Below are positions 29,236-45,501 of a stretch of 64,000 bases of DNA, piece after piece. The notes beneath the pieces were generated by a model, which did not search any database, was not told the DNA's origin, and saw nothing but the letters and a program-made list of their open reading frames with translations. Each line of letters starts with the position of its first letter. Position 1 is the first letter of the stretch. Position numbers and translations under genes: made by a program. The stretch comes from the human T2T-CHM13v2.0 reference genome, Homo sapiens, in the NCBI RefSeq assembly GCF_009914755.1, contig NC_060948.1; one strand, given 5' to 3'.

Positions 29236-32200
29236 GTGAGTACCTCACTGGAACAGAAAACAATACTTCTTGTGCAGTGTGTGGAGAGATTTACCAGGAG
29301 GGTTTTATAATGTCTCTTGCATGATCTTTTCTATAACCTGTTTATTTTATTTTAATTTATTTTTCATATTCCAAATGCAATTCTTGCAGCAGCTTACCAC
29401 ATGTTCCACTTGTATATATTGGGACATCTACTGGATGGACAAAACTATAAATAATGACTTTATTTTCATATATTACCTAATTAATGTTTTATAATTTTAT
29501 TTGCAGATGAAAATTAACATGAGCATATAGTGTTGCATGTTATACCTGAATCATCTGTAAAGGAATGAATCCATAGAAAAAATAATAGAATTAAGTACAC
29601 TACCATGCTCCAGTTTACAAACTGAAAGATAGAGAAAATGGTTCTTTCTGCCATAATGACTTGAGATATTAGCACCTTTTTTGAGTTTTGAAAGAAAAAC
29701 TTTATTTTTTTTAATATACAAGCATGAGGTAGTTCATACAATGATAGGATTTCATTGTTTAGAATCCATTTTCTTAATGTAAATTTGGACTTTGTTTTCT
29801 TCCAAGATCCACTACGATCAAATGACAAAATATAGTCAGATGATTCTAGCTACATTAGACGTGATGTGTTTATATTTTTAAAAATTTCCTCTTTTTTCTA
29901 TAAAACACCAATGAAAGTCTGTAAACACAAAAACATTTAATATATTAACCTAATGTTAGTAAAACATGAATAGTTTTATGTCTGTATAGATTTCAAATTC
30001 AGATTTCCTCGAAGAATAACCAAAGTTATGCCACAGTGGTATCATATTTCCCGGTTAGCATTTCCATATGCCATTTTTAGATGAGGAGAAAGGACAACAG
30101 AGAACAAAATATACCTGGAAAGAAAGGAAATAATTTGTGAGAATAATAGACATATCTAATGTAGAAACTAGAGCTTGTCTTTTGCATAAAGCTCTTCGTG
30201 GAGAATGTGATAAATTTCTTTTATGGAGAATTTTTTTCTTCTCATTGTTCTTTACACTTTAATACCTGGAAAATATTTTTCAGTAAAATTTGGCTGAAAG
30301 TATTAAATAAACAATTACATTAATTCATTGATCTCCAAAATTATATTGCATCTGTCAGATTACTCTCTCTCCAGGTAATTGCTAGTTAGTCTAAGTAGAG
30401 CGTCATTAAAAACTAGACCAGGGTTGTGTGCCATTGAGATTACAAATTGCCATTGAGATTACAAGGAACAGTTCAGAGTAAAAAAGTAAAGGACCCTGCT
30501 TCATCATATTAGTGGTTTCTAGAATATTGCCCTTGTCATTAGGGTGACAGATCTCCCAATCATCTCATAAAATCCAGGTCTGAATGTGACTGAAGGAGTC
30601 AAACTGACGTTTGGATGCTGTACTTCCATGGGGTGTTCTGTGCTGTCTCTGTGCCTAATAGTCCCCTTTGTGCATGTGTGTGATGAGAAAGAGCTGTCAA
30701 AATCTATTAGGGTTCTCATTTGAGCAGCCACCTGGGTTGAGATCTTTCTCATAAAGGAACTATTCAAACCAAAAGTAAAAAGAATGGAATACAAAAATTC
30801 AGAGAAAAACCCCAAACAGGACAAAGTATTACAATTGCTTTTATAATACATTGGATATGCTAGAGTCTAGGACCTGGTGATTTTATAGAGCTAGCCTTGG
30901 CAACAATGAATGCACTTCAAATAGGATGCCTCCTCATATAGGATGTTGGATGGAATGAGACCACCCATGAAAAAAATCAATAGCTTCCATGACAGCAGAG
31001 CCCTGTAGGTACAATTGTGTGGATGGAGACCACAAACAGGGTGGACGTTTCATTGTGATTCAGTATTGAATTGTAATTTGGGGAGTATAACTCTGTGAAA
31101 AATGCTATTCAGTGAAAAAGTAATCCAAATTTCATAATAAACCCAGTTCCACTTCTATTCTTTAGTCTTTTTGAAGCAATATGCGCATACGATCTTGAAA
31201 AGGGAATCAGAAATTTAATAGTGACTGAAAAGGTAGAATAAATCTCCCCACAATGTGTAAACTTTAAAATTTTGCTTGTGAGAGTTCAAAGCTACAGCCC
31301 TGCATGTTTACACAAACCACAAGTCACAGACTATCGAGTTAGGAGGGTTTTTTGTTTGTTTCCTCGGTTGTTTTTGTATCTCTATCAACTCGATAGGCAA
31401 TACAAAGACTTAGATATTTAATTATTGTTCATTCACTAAGTGAATGAACTCTGCATTCATAACAACCTACTGAAATGTTGGCATCACGCTGATTCTCTCC
31501 AAAGGCCTTCTCTTAGGCAGTATCTGAATTCATATCAGTGCTTTTGTTTAGCAGGATAGAAATATTATTATCTGGAATTCAGAATTCTACTCTGACCACT
31601 TAGAATCTCTACTTTTTTTGTTTAGCTTTGTCTTTCTGCCTTGATCATATTTGCTAAAACTTTCACATTCTTAATTTCATAAAATGTGTACATTTATTAA
31701 AAATGCAAAAACAGACTTTATTTCAGTTAAGTACTTATTCTTAAATTTAAGAAATAACTTGGATGAGAAGTGTTGGACATTTCTTTGTAGTACAATAGTT
31801 TCATGAAACATAAATTGTTTTTCGGTAGAAAGCAGTATTTTTTATAATTCCCTTCAAATAAATCACATCTTGCTGAAGTTGAGTCTTTTCGTTCAAATTG
31901 TCATCATGATCTACTAAGCTTAGTCTTGAGTCTTTATACCTAATTACAAATTTCTATATTTGTAATTAGCTATGCCATACAAATTTATTTAGATTTTATA
32001 TATTATAAATTTCTTTATTGTCTAGATGACAGGTTAATTAACTTAAATTGCATATTTAACATTTTGATAGGTGCTCAAGTAAGGTCAAAATCAAAGCCAG
32101 TCAGAAGCTCTAGTAGGACACATGGGATATTGCTCACAAGGAAGAGTTGGAGACCGCATCCGCATGGTGTGTGTGTATGTGTGTGTGTGTTTGAGAGTTT

Positions 32201-32739
32201 GTGTCTACATGTGTCAGAGAGAAAGAGCCAGAGGAAAAGAGGGGGTAACTGAGTGACTATTTTGAAGAAGCAGTGCAGAATATGGCTTGGTAGCTTGATT
32301 AAACAAAACTGATGAAAGTCAAGCTGAGAAGTTCCAATCTCACATACTAAGTTCATGTCAGTTCATACATGAGAGCATGGCACTACAATTTGAGACTTCT
32401 CTTGGTCACCAAGGAGACTGAACACAGAAAGACAAGCTATGGAAACGCTTCAGGTTTTTAATGAGAACCCTTGGTATTGAAGTGAGGTTAAAAAGTAACG
32501 GAAAAATAAAAGACACATTTTGAAGTAGTTGCTCACACAAGATATTGTATTAAATATAAAGCTTGGAAGAGAAAAAGCCGTAAGTTGAGTCCAGGGTGTC
32601 TTGGGGAATGGACAGAGCCAAGGAACCACTTCCGGAGTGATTTACACCTGTGCTTTCTCTCTGTATCCTTGGACATACATCTTAAGGTCTTATTCTTGAA
32701 TGATTTCAGGGCAAAAAGCCCTTCCATTCTTCATAAAGG

Positions 32740-34490
<1,751 letters not shown>

Positions 34491-34546
34491 ATGGGACTGA
34501 AAACCCTGGGAAATATAAAGAAAAAATATAAATGGAAGTCATTATT

Positions 34547-34770
34547 GCCCAGGTGCGGTGGCTCATACCTCTAATCTTTAGTAGGCGGAGGTGAGTGGAT
34601 CACTTAAGGTCAGGAGTTTCTGATCAGCCTGGCCTCAGGAGGCTGAGACAGCGGAATTGCTTGAACCTGAGAGGCAGAGGGAGGTTGCAGTGACCCAAGA
34701 TTACACCACTGCACTCCAGCCTTCGTGACATAGTGAGACACTGTCTCAAAAAAAGAAAACAGAAAAGAAG
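34547..34770 (+). mobile_element. Alu with internal deletion
   Basis: The left arm ends at CAGCCTGGCC and joins directly to TCAGGAGGCTGAG of the right arm. TSD-like GGAAGTCATTAT / GAAAGTCACTAT. Confidence 0.85.
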
Positions 34771-35278
34771 GAAAGTCACTATCATTGTCTTTTCATTGTA
34801 GGATAACAGCAAATGCCATTGTGATTTCTAGAGAAGTGAAATTCTGTTTTTGTTTGTTTGTTTGTTTTGCTAGCAATACAATCGAAAAAGGAAGCTATTT
34901 AAAAAAGAGCAGATAATTGAATGCAAGGTGTCCCTATCATCTTTTTTCCCCAAGATGAAACCTGCGACTTTGAATTCTATTACTTAAGTAAACATGCCAC
35001 GATTAGTGATTGAAGACCTATTCGGTGAAGCTTGGAGCTTTATGATGAAATATAAACAGACGTGACATGGACATTGACCTGTAGAAATTTGGACAGTTAG
35101 TAAACGTAGAGGTAGATGATAAGCCACAGCATCCTAGTGAAGGAACAAAGAAAGTTCTGTGACAGCTCAGGGACAAGTTATGTTTTGAGGAAATCTTGAT
35201 GGAATCTATAAATGGTTGAGCTGTGTCCTGAAGAATATTTGGGCTATAGAAGGGATTCATCTATTAAGCATCTGTTGA

Positions 35279-35737
<459 letters not shown>

Positions 35738-36019
35738 CCATAAATGTTTTTATGTTATCCATAGCTGCTCACCATGGCACTTTGTGGGGTAGACAAGCTA
35801 CCTAAGATGAAAGGGTGGCAGATGAACGACAGGGAAAGAAGCTAGAAAGTCAACTGGCTTTGCTAGTGTTTTTACAAAAAAATGCATTCGCTTCCCTTGT
35901 AGACAGCACTGGATGTAATTCAAGATATAATTTATAGCACGGTTTTCATCCTTGAATATCTCCCATCTTTTCAGGAAGTCGTACAAACTTTTCTGGCATT
36001 CTGCGTTAGTGAAAGGGTG

Positions 36020-36490
36020 TTGGACTATGTCCAGCTGGTAGAAAATAACCTAGCCTCAATCTGGCATTGAGGGAAAAATTGAAATTTATTAGAAGGGTGG
36101 TGAGATATCCAAATTTACTGCAAAAGTCGAGAAATCAGATTGGGAGAAGGGCAGATATGCAGCTAGACTTTAGAGGCACCTGGAAGAAATGAGTTAAAGG
36201 ACATCACCAATCTTATGTCTGGTTCTTTGCTTCTTTCTGGAAATAGACTTGCTTTACGTGGTGAGTGAGAGGGTTCTCTGCAGTTTTCACTACATGCATT
36301 TTGTTTTTCTCAGTACCACCAGTGAAGGACAAAGTTCCATAATTCCATACTAAAAATCCCTGGGCAGAGTTTTAATTGGCTCAGTTGACGCAATAGTAAG
36401 AAGTGATAAAACTGGGCTGCTCCTGGGTATAACAGTTGGCAGGGGGAGAAGGACAGTTCTTACCACAAGGTGTCTGGAATGAGCAGGCAC
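36020..36490 (-). mobile_element. Old MaLR LTR fragment (MLT1J/K-like)
   Basis: Weak resemblance only: AGAAAATAACC..CTCAA.CTGGC....GAAATTTATT and AAAATCCCTGGG...TTAATTGGCTCAG. Confidence 0.4.
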
Positions 36491-36601
36491 TGCTTCACTT
36501 CACTGTCCAAAATATTTTTGAGGAGCAGTTATATGCCAGGCAAGCTTTAGAGGCTGAGATTTCAAGTTTACAAGCATTTCTAATTTTGAGTGATAGGTAC
36601 T

Positions 36602-37228
36602 TGTAGGCAGAAGAATCATGGTCCTTGAGAGATGTGCATGGCCTTCCTCCTCCCTTCACCTGTCATTGCTGGAACCTCGGAATAGGTTGCTAGGCATGGC
36701 ACCTGACTTCTTCAATACTCTGCCTTAAGTATTGACTTCAAATGGCAAAGGGGAATTAAGGTTGTAGACGGAATTATGTTTGCTAACCAGCAGACCTTCC
36801 AATAGAGAGAATTATCCTCAGTTACATAACTGAGCACGGTATATTAACAGAAGCCCTCCAATGTGGATGCAGAAGGCTCAAGAGGAGATCAGAGTTGGAG
36901 TAAAGCAGCATGTAAAAGAGATACCTGGACATTGCTGGCTTTGAGTATGAGAGAGCCAGGAGAAAGGAATGTAGGCAGCAGCGTTTAGAAGCTAGAGAGG
37001 CAGGGAAACTGATTCTTCCTTAGCGCTTCCAGAAAGGAGCCCAACAGCCCTGCTGACACCTCAATTCTATCCCCATGGAAGAAACTGTCTCTTGGAAGAA
37101 ACTTTACCTCTGGAAGAAACCCTAGCCCCATAGAAGAAACTCTGAAGAAACTGTAAAAGAATAAATGTTTGTTGTTCCAAGCTTACTAAATTTGTGGAGA
37201 TTTGTGATAGTGGTAATAGAAAACTAAG
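36602..37228 (+). mobile_element. MaLR LTR (MLT1D-like)
   Basis: TGTAGGCAGAAGAAT start, ATGGCAAAGGGGAATTAAGGTTG, CAGCCCTGCTGACACC, GAATAAATG, ending GGTAATAGAAAACTAA. Confidence 0.8.
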
Positions 37229-37499
37229 GAAGAGTTTTATCACCCTTTAATATGATTTGAAATTCATAATGAAGTATTACTCTGAAAACGAAGTTCAGAG
37301 TCACTGAAGTCATTAGGTTTTGAGCCTTCTGACCCCAAGTCCGTTCTGGGATTCTACTTCCAATAATTTCTAGTTGAAAACACTCTTGGGCACTTGGAGC
37401 TTTCTGTCTTCCTCAAGAATGTCGAGGAGACAATACAGATGACTCTTTTAGGGCAGATATTTTTCAGATTTTTAAAAAATTTCTCTTCTAAACTTTGAG

Positions 37500-38135
37500 T
37501 GAGAGTTACCCTGTCCCTGAGCGGGATCTTGCACTGTTACCCAGGCTCTAGTGCAGTGGCACAGAAGCTCACTGCATCCTCAAATTCCTGGGCACAAGTG
37601 ATTCTACCACCTCAGCCTCATGAGTGTCTGGGACTACAGGCTGATACTGTATTAAGCTTCAGAGAAGAAGCATGTCCAGGTTCCTGCAAATTAGAAAATG
37701 GTAGCAGATATATATATTTTTTTTTCAAGAAGGAGTTTTGCTCTTATTGCCCAGGTTGGGGTACAGTGGTGTGATCTCCACTCACAGCAACCTCTGCCTC
37801 CCAGGTTGAAGTGATTCTCCTGCCTCAGCCTCCTGAGTTGCTGGGATTACAGGCATGTGCCACCATGCCCAGCTAATTTTTGTAGAGATGAGGTTTCACC
37901 ATGTTAGTCAGGCTGGTCTCAAACTGCTGACCTCAAGTGATCCACAAAGAAACAATGAAAAAAAAATCCCCTATTAGATTTACATTACAATTTTCAGCCA
38001 CCATGACTGGCTAGTTTTTAAATTTTTTTAAAGAGTTGTAGCCTTCCAGGCTGGTCTGGAACTCCTAGCCTCAAGTGATCCTCCCATCTCAGGCTCCAGA
38101 ATTCTGGGATTACAGACATAAGCCACCATGCTCAG
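37500..38135 (-). mobile_element. Alu cluster: AluJ pieces (37500-37640, 37998-38135) with an AluS-type element (37715-37945) between
   Basis: Recognisable Alu arms with poly-T at 37716-37725. Confidence 0.8.
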
Positions 38136-39971
38136 GGACATTCTGCAAATTTGACATTTTGCATTAGGTTAATATAGCCCCAAGGCAAATTGTCCTAAAC
38201 AGCATATTCCACAGATACACTATTTTGACACAGGAAAGTAATAAAGGGTCATTTAAATTTTTTTTCAGACAGCTATGACAGATTTCCAGAGATGATGGCT
38301 TTGAATGACTTATAACAAAATACCCAAATGGTTCTTTCATCATCTGCCTCCATAGAGTTTCACTTGTGATGGTGGCTGCACCTTTACATTTCTTATTTTC
38401 CTACTTACAAACACTGCTGACAAAATCTTCTGAGCTCTCCATTCCTTCCAGCTACAACTTAACCTGTGGTCTCTGCTGGGCAAAGTGACTCACCTTTTGA
38501 ATGTACGCCTTGTTTACTCCTCCAGCCAAAACTTGTTTGCTGGAGTTGGAATGCCAGTTTATCCCCTTAGCAGATCATTATGGGCAAGTGACTCAGCTTT
38601 CATGGGACACAGTGCCCTTATGTCTAAAATAGAGGTAGCTGAGAGGTTTAAGGTTATAATCCATATAAAATGCTTAGTATCCAGCACATACAAGCACCCT
38701 GTAATCTGATGTTAGTGCAATATCAGTAATAATAGAAAACAGAACTTGACAATTTCAGCAAAATTGCATGTGCATAGTGGGTCTGGTATGTGTATTAATC
38801 CAGGCATAATAAATGCTGATCATCTGTGACATAGCTGTTTACTGTTGTAGTGGAGGGGTAAGCTGAAGAGGTAAGACCAACAGCCCATTATTTCTGGTGG
38901 TTTCTAGTATGGTTTTAACAAATGGGAATTTCAGGAAAAGTAACACTTTTTAAAAGAGCTGACTGTTATCATTCTGCTTTATTCCTGATTTTAGTCTTTT
39001 TGAGCTCCTGTTGTCAAATGGATTTTGAGCATATGTGAATTAGATAAATTATTCACCATGAAAGGATTAGAATAACATTTTGGAAAATGCCCTTAAACTA
39101 TCAAGTGGCAATAACACTACTCTTTGTGTGTGATATTAAAGAGAAATTAATTCTCATTTTCTTGTTGTCTAGACACACAAAGTCCAATTGTATGCATGTA
39201 ATCACAAAATCTAGGTGAAAATTGAAAACTATGTTAACAGAGTGAGACCGATGTTTTAACCAATCAACATCGACATGCAACTAGGTGACAATTATTAAAT
39301 TACTCCAGTTTTCATCTGTCAGTTTGATGTTTGACATTGTGTAGACATAGCTTGCCAGTAAAGATAATTATGAAAGATTATTAAATAAAGATCTCCCTGA
39401 CATGGATTAATTGAAAAGTATTTAGTATTTTTTTTAAGCACAGTTAAACTGGGGTGGATTTCTGATAGCATGTTTCTCTCCCAGCACAAAAAGCTTTCAG
39501 CAATTTGAATATTGAGTAATAATCTTATTGAGGGTTTGGAAATTATGTGTGTTTTGAATAATATTATTGGTAGTATTTGGTAGTATGAATTATGCCTGTT
39601 TGAATAATTAAGAAGTAGCTTTTCCTAATGAAGAACATTTTCCATTACATACATAATCTTCCAGTACATGAATTTTAATTCAATTTACAATTTAGATTCT
39701 TGTCATAATTTGAACAATAGATTACCTAGAATATAATAAAAATCAAATTTTCATATAGTACATATCATAATTTTTATCTTAGAAATTGTCAGAGATAGAA
39801 ACTTTAGGTACATCTAGTCCATTGGAATATTTGGCCATTTAAAACAATTAGCTTTTTATTTATTTGTGGAGTCTTGCTTCCTAAGATGTTGTAGTCTAAT
39901 TTTTGTCAATTAATATTGCTGATTTGAATACTGTTATTTATTTTGGATACTACTTTAGCCAAGCTATTTAC

Positions 39972-40273
39972 TATTTATTCATTTTTTATTTTGGAGACAT
40001 AGTCTTGCTCTGTTGCCCAAGTTGGAGTGCAGTGTGGTGCAGTATCCACAACCTCTGTCTCCCAGGTTCAAGAGATTCTCCTGCCTCAGCCTCCCACGTA
40101 GCTGGGACTACAGGTATCTGCCACCACGTCCAGCAAATTTTTGTATTTTTAGTAGAGATGGGTTTCACCGTGTTGGCCAGGCTTGTTTTGAACTTCTGAC
40201 CTCAGGTAATCAGCCCACCTTGGCCTCCCAGAGTGCTGGGATTACAGGTATGAGCCACCATGCCTTGCCTAGC
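39972..40273 (-). mobile_element. Alu (AluS-type)
   Basis: Full dimer with TTTTTGTATTTTTAGTAGAGATGG linker; TSD-like AAGCTATTTA / AAGCCATTTA. Confidence 0.93.
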
Positions 40274-40959
40274 CAAGCCATTTAAACTTTTAAATATTTA
40301 GTGTCATCACTTATTAAAAATAAGACTAATATGATTATAGGTCCTCTGATTTTTTTTTAGAATTATAGTGATATGGGAGTAAATAAATATATACGAAATA
40401 ATTATAAAATAGAAAAGATTAGTGCATTCTTAGAACTTTAATGTCATGTTAATTGAATGTTAATCCAATGACTTTATCTTTCATTTCAAGATTCCTTGCC
40501 TGAATGAAGTAGTGGAAGCCCTTGTTGACAATAGGTCCTATCTTCCTATTCCGCTTTTTGGTTTTCCTAAACCAGGTTGTTTACATAATGACTAAGTTTA
40601 ACATTTTCTCTTTATGTTTAAGCATCTCTTTCCTTGGTGCAATCACAGCCAAACTGCAGTGAAAACAAACAGAAATTGAGAGGTTGTGAGCTCCAGATTT
40701 CAGAGCCACAGAGAGTTTGTGAGATCAAAAAATAAATTTATTGTGAGGTCAATAAATAAATTAGACCTACCTAAATCACACAGTCAGTTTAAGGCAATGG
40801 AACCAGAGGGAAAGACTCCAAAAGAGTGACCTATCTATGGAATAGCTACTGGTAAAATGAAGCAACAATGAGACAGTGTAGTCTCCACCTTATTATTTCA
40901 ATCTAATGTTCTGTATTGAGGTTCAGAGAAGCAGGTCCAGGTTTCCACAAATTAAAAAG

Positions 40960-41250
40960 TGGAGGATTGCTCCTGTAATCCCAGTACTTTGGGAGCCTAG
41001 GTTGGGGCTTCGCTTGAGCCCAGGAGTTTAGGCCAGCCTGGGCAACATGACTAAACCCTGTCCCTACCAGAAAAATGAAAAGAGTTGGGCATGGTGGCAC
41101 TGGCCTGTAGTCCTAGCTACTTACAGGGCTGAGGTGGGAGGATCACTTGAGGCTAGGAGATCAAGGCTGCAGTGAGCCAAGACCACAGCAGGGCACTCCA
41201 GCCTGGGTGACACAGTAAGACCCTGTATCTAAAAAAGAAATAAAGGAAAA
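40960..41250 (+). mobile_element. Alu (AluJ-type)
   Basis: CCTGTAATCCCAGTACTTTGGGAG...GAGGTGGGAGGATCACTTGAG...CACTCCAGCCTGGGTGACA. Confidence 0.9.
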
Positions 41251-42169
41251 ATATTTCCCTGTTAGATTTTACATACCTGATGATGACTTTAATGGTGAAG
41301 GTAAGCATTGGTGTGTGTGTTTGTTTGTGTTTGTGTGTGTGTGAATGGTGTTGAAGGAAGCCCATAGGAAAAGTACCCATAATTTATTCAAGATCAAGTA
41401 TGTTACAGTTTTCTTGGCAAATGCCAAGTTATAAAACACATAAACCACTCTACAACCTCTTCTTCCCTAAAACCCCAAACATCTTGAAGTCTCCTTCAAG
41501 CCAGATATCCTCTTGGTCCTCTGTGCAAGTTGTCTGCACAGTCCTCAGGTTTGTCTTTGGGTAAGTCCCTGTTGCCATCACAAAGAAAGAACACAGCAGG
41601 TATTGATTTGTCTCAGACAAAGGAGCTCTTCTGGTGGGTTTCAACAAGATATGAAAATTCTAGGTTCATGAACACTCCCTTTTTCTTCCTTAAAAATAAT
41701 ATTTTTAGCTACATTCTACTCCACTCTGTCTTTTATGACATAATCATTCACTCAACCAGGGAACACCCACTATTTGCCTAACATCCTATCTGCCTATCAC
41801 ATATGGACTTTAGCCTCCAGTTAGACCAATGATGCTATTGATCTCCTAATCCCAATGTATACTCTTTGGATATTTTCATCTCTTTTCCATTGCTTATTAT
41901 CTTTAGAGACATTTTAGGTAGCTCATTTAAAAATTATTAATAAATAAATCATTATTTGCAATTAGCATAGACAAGGACTTAGGTGAGTGTTAAGTGGGTA
42001 TGCAGAGAGATCTAACCCCACTGCTGGAAAAAGTGAGTGGGAAAGTCCCATTGATATGTGACCCAACTAAACCAACATTCTATAAAAAGCACAAAGCCTT
42101 CAGCGACTGCTTTAGGATTTCAGGGGAAGGAAAATGGAGGCAAATGTGAAAGTTGAGTTGATGTCTTCA

Positions 42170-42206
42170 TTTCTTTTTCTTTTCTTTTCTTTTCTTTTTT
42201 TTTGTT

Positions 42207-42245
<39 letters not shown>

Positions 42246-42534
42246 TTTTTTGAGACAGAGTCTCACTCTTGATAACCAGGCTGGAGTGCAATGGGATGAT
42301 CTCAGCTCACTGAAACCTCCACCTCCTGGGTTCAAGCGATTCTGCTGCCTCAGCCTCCTGAGTAACCGGGACTACAAGCCTCTGCCACCATGCCCTGCTA
42401 ATTTTTGTATTTTTAGTAGAGATGGGGTTTCACCATGTTGGCCCAGCTGGTCTCGAACTCCTGACCTCAGGCAATCCACCCACCTCAGCCTCCCAAAGTG
42501 CTGGGATTACAGGCGTGAACTACCACACCTGGCC
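42170..42534 (-). mobile_element. Alu (AluSx/Sq-type) with (TTTA)n tail
   Basis: Full dimer ending CACACCTGGCC; (TTTA)n at ~42207-42250. Confidence 0.95.
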
Positions 42535-43717
42535 GAAAGTGGATGTTTTCTGTGGCGGTTCCTTGATAGAAAGGTTTTCATCCAGTCTTGAGATGAATAT
42601 ACAGAGTGTAAACACATGGTTGTGCAGTGAGGAAATGCTGTCTATGTTTCCTAAAACTGAGGTTCTTGTTTATTGCTTCTTTAGCTGCACAAAGACATAA
42701 CACATGCAAAATTGGGGAGAAAGGAGAGATAAAACTATGACAAAGCTGGAGGCAATGTGCAATGATGTTGTAATTTAACATGCAAAGTACTCACTTTAGT
42801 ATTTTTTACATTGTTACACTGTGACATTGCAGGATTCATAAGTGGAATTTCATCCAAATTTATTCTAATGCATATTTTTTTCTACTTAGCAGACTATACA
42901 ATATGGTTAAATCAAAGAACATGAGGTTTTGTTCTTACCAAATTCAAAAATACTTTTTATCACCTGTTGTTTAAATCATTAACACAAAAGATTTCAGTCT
43001 CCCACAAATTTCTAATGTAGTAAAATCCTTTCATAATTTTATATTCAAAATATATTAATTCAGATGACTAGTATGAAATCAATGAAATCAAGTTATAATT
43101 TGCATGTTTCTAAAATGTTTAAATTTAAAAATGGAAAAGTAAGCCCTAAAAAACTGCAGGTTTCTCAAGAATATTAAAATGTTAACAAATTATTTAATTT
43201 TGAGCTAAAATCAGATAATAATGGGAACAGATTTCACCACTGCACATTCTACAGGGATGTTTGCATTTTATACTTGTTTTGTTTTGTTTTATAGGAGGAG
43301 ATTTTGGTATATTAAATATAATACTAGACATTTACCTGGACATAAATGGTAGAATCAACTTAGACTCTAATCACAGAATGATAACATCTTCCAAGTAGAA
43401 GGAGCTTTTGGGGTCATTTAACCAAAACTCTTTCACCTTACACTATTTCCATGTTCATGTTAACCTTTTGGTACTCTAAGAAGAGATGAACTATCATTTC
43501 TTAAGTTCTAGAAGTTGAATTTAATTATGATTTTACAAATCTGCCATCTCCAGTAGATGGTAAATGCTTTGAAGACCCAGAGCATTTTTGAGATAAAATA
43601 ATGAGTTATATATTTTATTGCATGAAACAAATGAATGAACCTGTAATGCCTGGCCACCACCTATTTTTTTTGAACCTGAACAATGAAGATGTTTGCGGCT
43701 TTTTCTCTTCATTATGG

Positions 43718-43873
43718 GTTGAGAGGGTAGGGGAGGGATATAATTAGGAGAAATACCTAATGTAGGTGAAGGATTCATGGGTGCAGCAAACCACCAGGGC
43801 ACATATATACCTATGCAGCAAAACTGCACGTTCTGCACATGTAACCCAGAATTAAAAGTATAATTGAAAAAAG
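43718..43873 (+). mobile_element. Short L1PA 3' end
   Basis: GGGAGGGATATAATTAGGAGAAATACCTAATGTAG...CACGTTCTGCACATGTAACCCAGAATTAAAAGTATAAT. Confidence 0.88.
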
Positions 43874-44651
43874 GCATTAAAGAAAGGGAAAGGTTGGTGA
43901 TGTTTACCTGAGCACTCTCACAAACAGAGATGAAGCAGTTTTGAATGTTACCTTCCTCTTCTAACATATAGTTCTGAAAGTCTTAGAAAACATGTTATTT
44001 TATTCCTTCCAGGTAGTCTTTTGCAAGCATCCTCCTCAGTGTCAAGCATTTATTCTCATGCATCCCATTATGTGTTATGAATACACCCAGAGTTTATGTG
44101 AAATTTTTTTATTTTTTATTTTTTGGCAAATGTATTAAACTCTTGGTTTGTATATTTTGAACTGGAAGCCACATTTTTGTAATACTTTAAAAGCAAAATA
44201 TTTTATAATATGCTTTAGAAATTAAAAGAAAATAGGATACCTCCATTTCCTATGACAAACTCTCAGCATACAGCAAGGCAAAGCTATTTGCTGCTGAAGC
44301 TCAATTTTTCCCTGCAGATGCTGAATGTACAAGAATTAACAGCCAAGCCAGGACCCTGTTTACCTTATGTTTCCCTGAAATGCCAAGCCCATGAGGTGTT
44401 ACAAGGAGGGAAGACAGCATACAAACATGATAGAATGACTAATAAGCTAATTGGTTTATAGTTTTGAGAAAGCAGTTGGTTGCCTATGTTTTTTTTTTTT
44501 TTGTGTGTGTGTGTGTGTGTGTGTGTGGTGAAGAAATATTTGTATTTCATTTAAGTGCAACTAATTTCTATTTAAATTTAAGCTGCCATATGTATCTACT
44601 GGCTATAGCATTAGAGTGTTTAGCCTTAGCAACCTCCTTATTACTATATAC

Positions 44652-45083
44652 TTTTTCTTTTTCTTTCTAACACTTTTTAAAATATACTTTAAGTTATGGG
44701 ATCCATGTACAGAACATACAGGTTTGTTACAAGGCCATAAGCCTGCCATGGTGGTTTGCTGCACCCATCAACACGTCATCTACATTAGGTATTTCTTCTG
44801 ATGCTATCCCTCCCGTAGCCCCCCATACACCAACAGGCCTCAGTGTGGGATGTTCCTCTCCCTGTGTCCATGTGTTCTCATTGTTCAGTTCCTACTTATG
44901 AGTGAGAACATGCAGTGTTTGGTTTTCTGTTCTTGTGTTAGTTTGCTGAGAATGATGGTTTCCAGCTTCATCCATGTCCCTGCAAAGGACATGAAATTAT
45001 CCTTTTTTATGGCTGCACAGTATTCCATGGTGTATATGTGTCACATTTTCTTTATCTAATCTATCATTGATGGACATTTGGAT
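44652..45083 (-). mobile_element. L1PA (7/8-like) 3' end, 5'-truncated
   Basis: TACTTTAAGTTATGGGATCCATG...GGTGGTTTGCTGCACCCATCAAC...CTATCATTGATGGACATTTGGATTG. Confidence 0.9.
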
Positions 45084-45501
45084 TGCCTATTTTTAAATGC
45101 AGTGAGCTATAATTTGATTGAATGCAGAAGGAATCATTTCCAAGAAATTAAAGTTCGAAGGTTGGAAAATAACCGAGTTCATCGTTAGGGAAAGCTTATT
45201 CTAAAACTTCGGATAAAATGAGCTTCCTCTTACATTTTATTCAACTTAAGATCTTGTAGTTACTTATAATCATCATTATCATCATCAAAAACATCATCAG
45301 AATCATCACCATCATCATTATCTAAATTTGAGTAGCCATCAGAAGATATTGTGAGTTCCTGACTTGAGAAGGATTAATTTCTTTGAGATTTTATACTGTT
45401 ATTTTAAGACTGTGGAGCATGGGTTAGATCTGTGTTTTAAAAACTTTGACAGACCACATTATTGGTAATAGTTTTCTCTTAGCATGGGTTTTGAGTTGAC
45501 T

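Noticed and set aside
29236-29324. C-terminal 29 aa of ORF 28764..29324 ([10 protein letters not shown]...)
   Set aside because: Read-through into the intron past the consensus donor ATG|GTGAGT; neuroligin similarity ends at VPMED.
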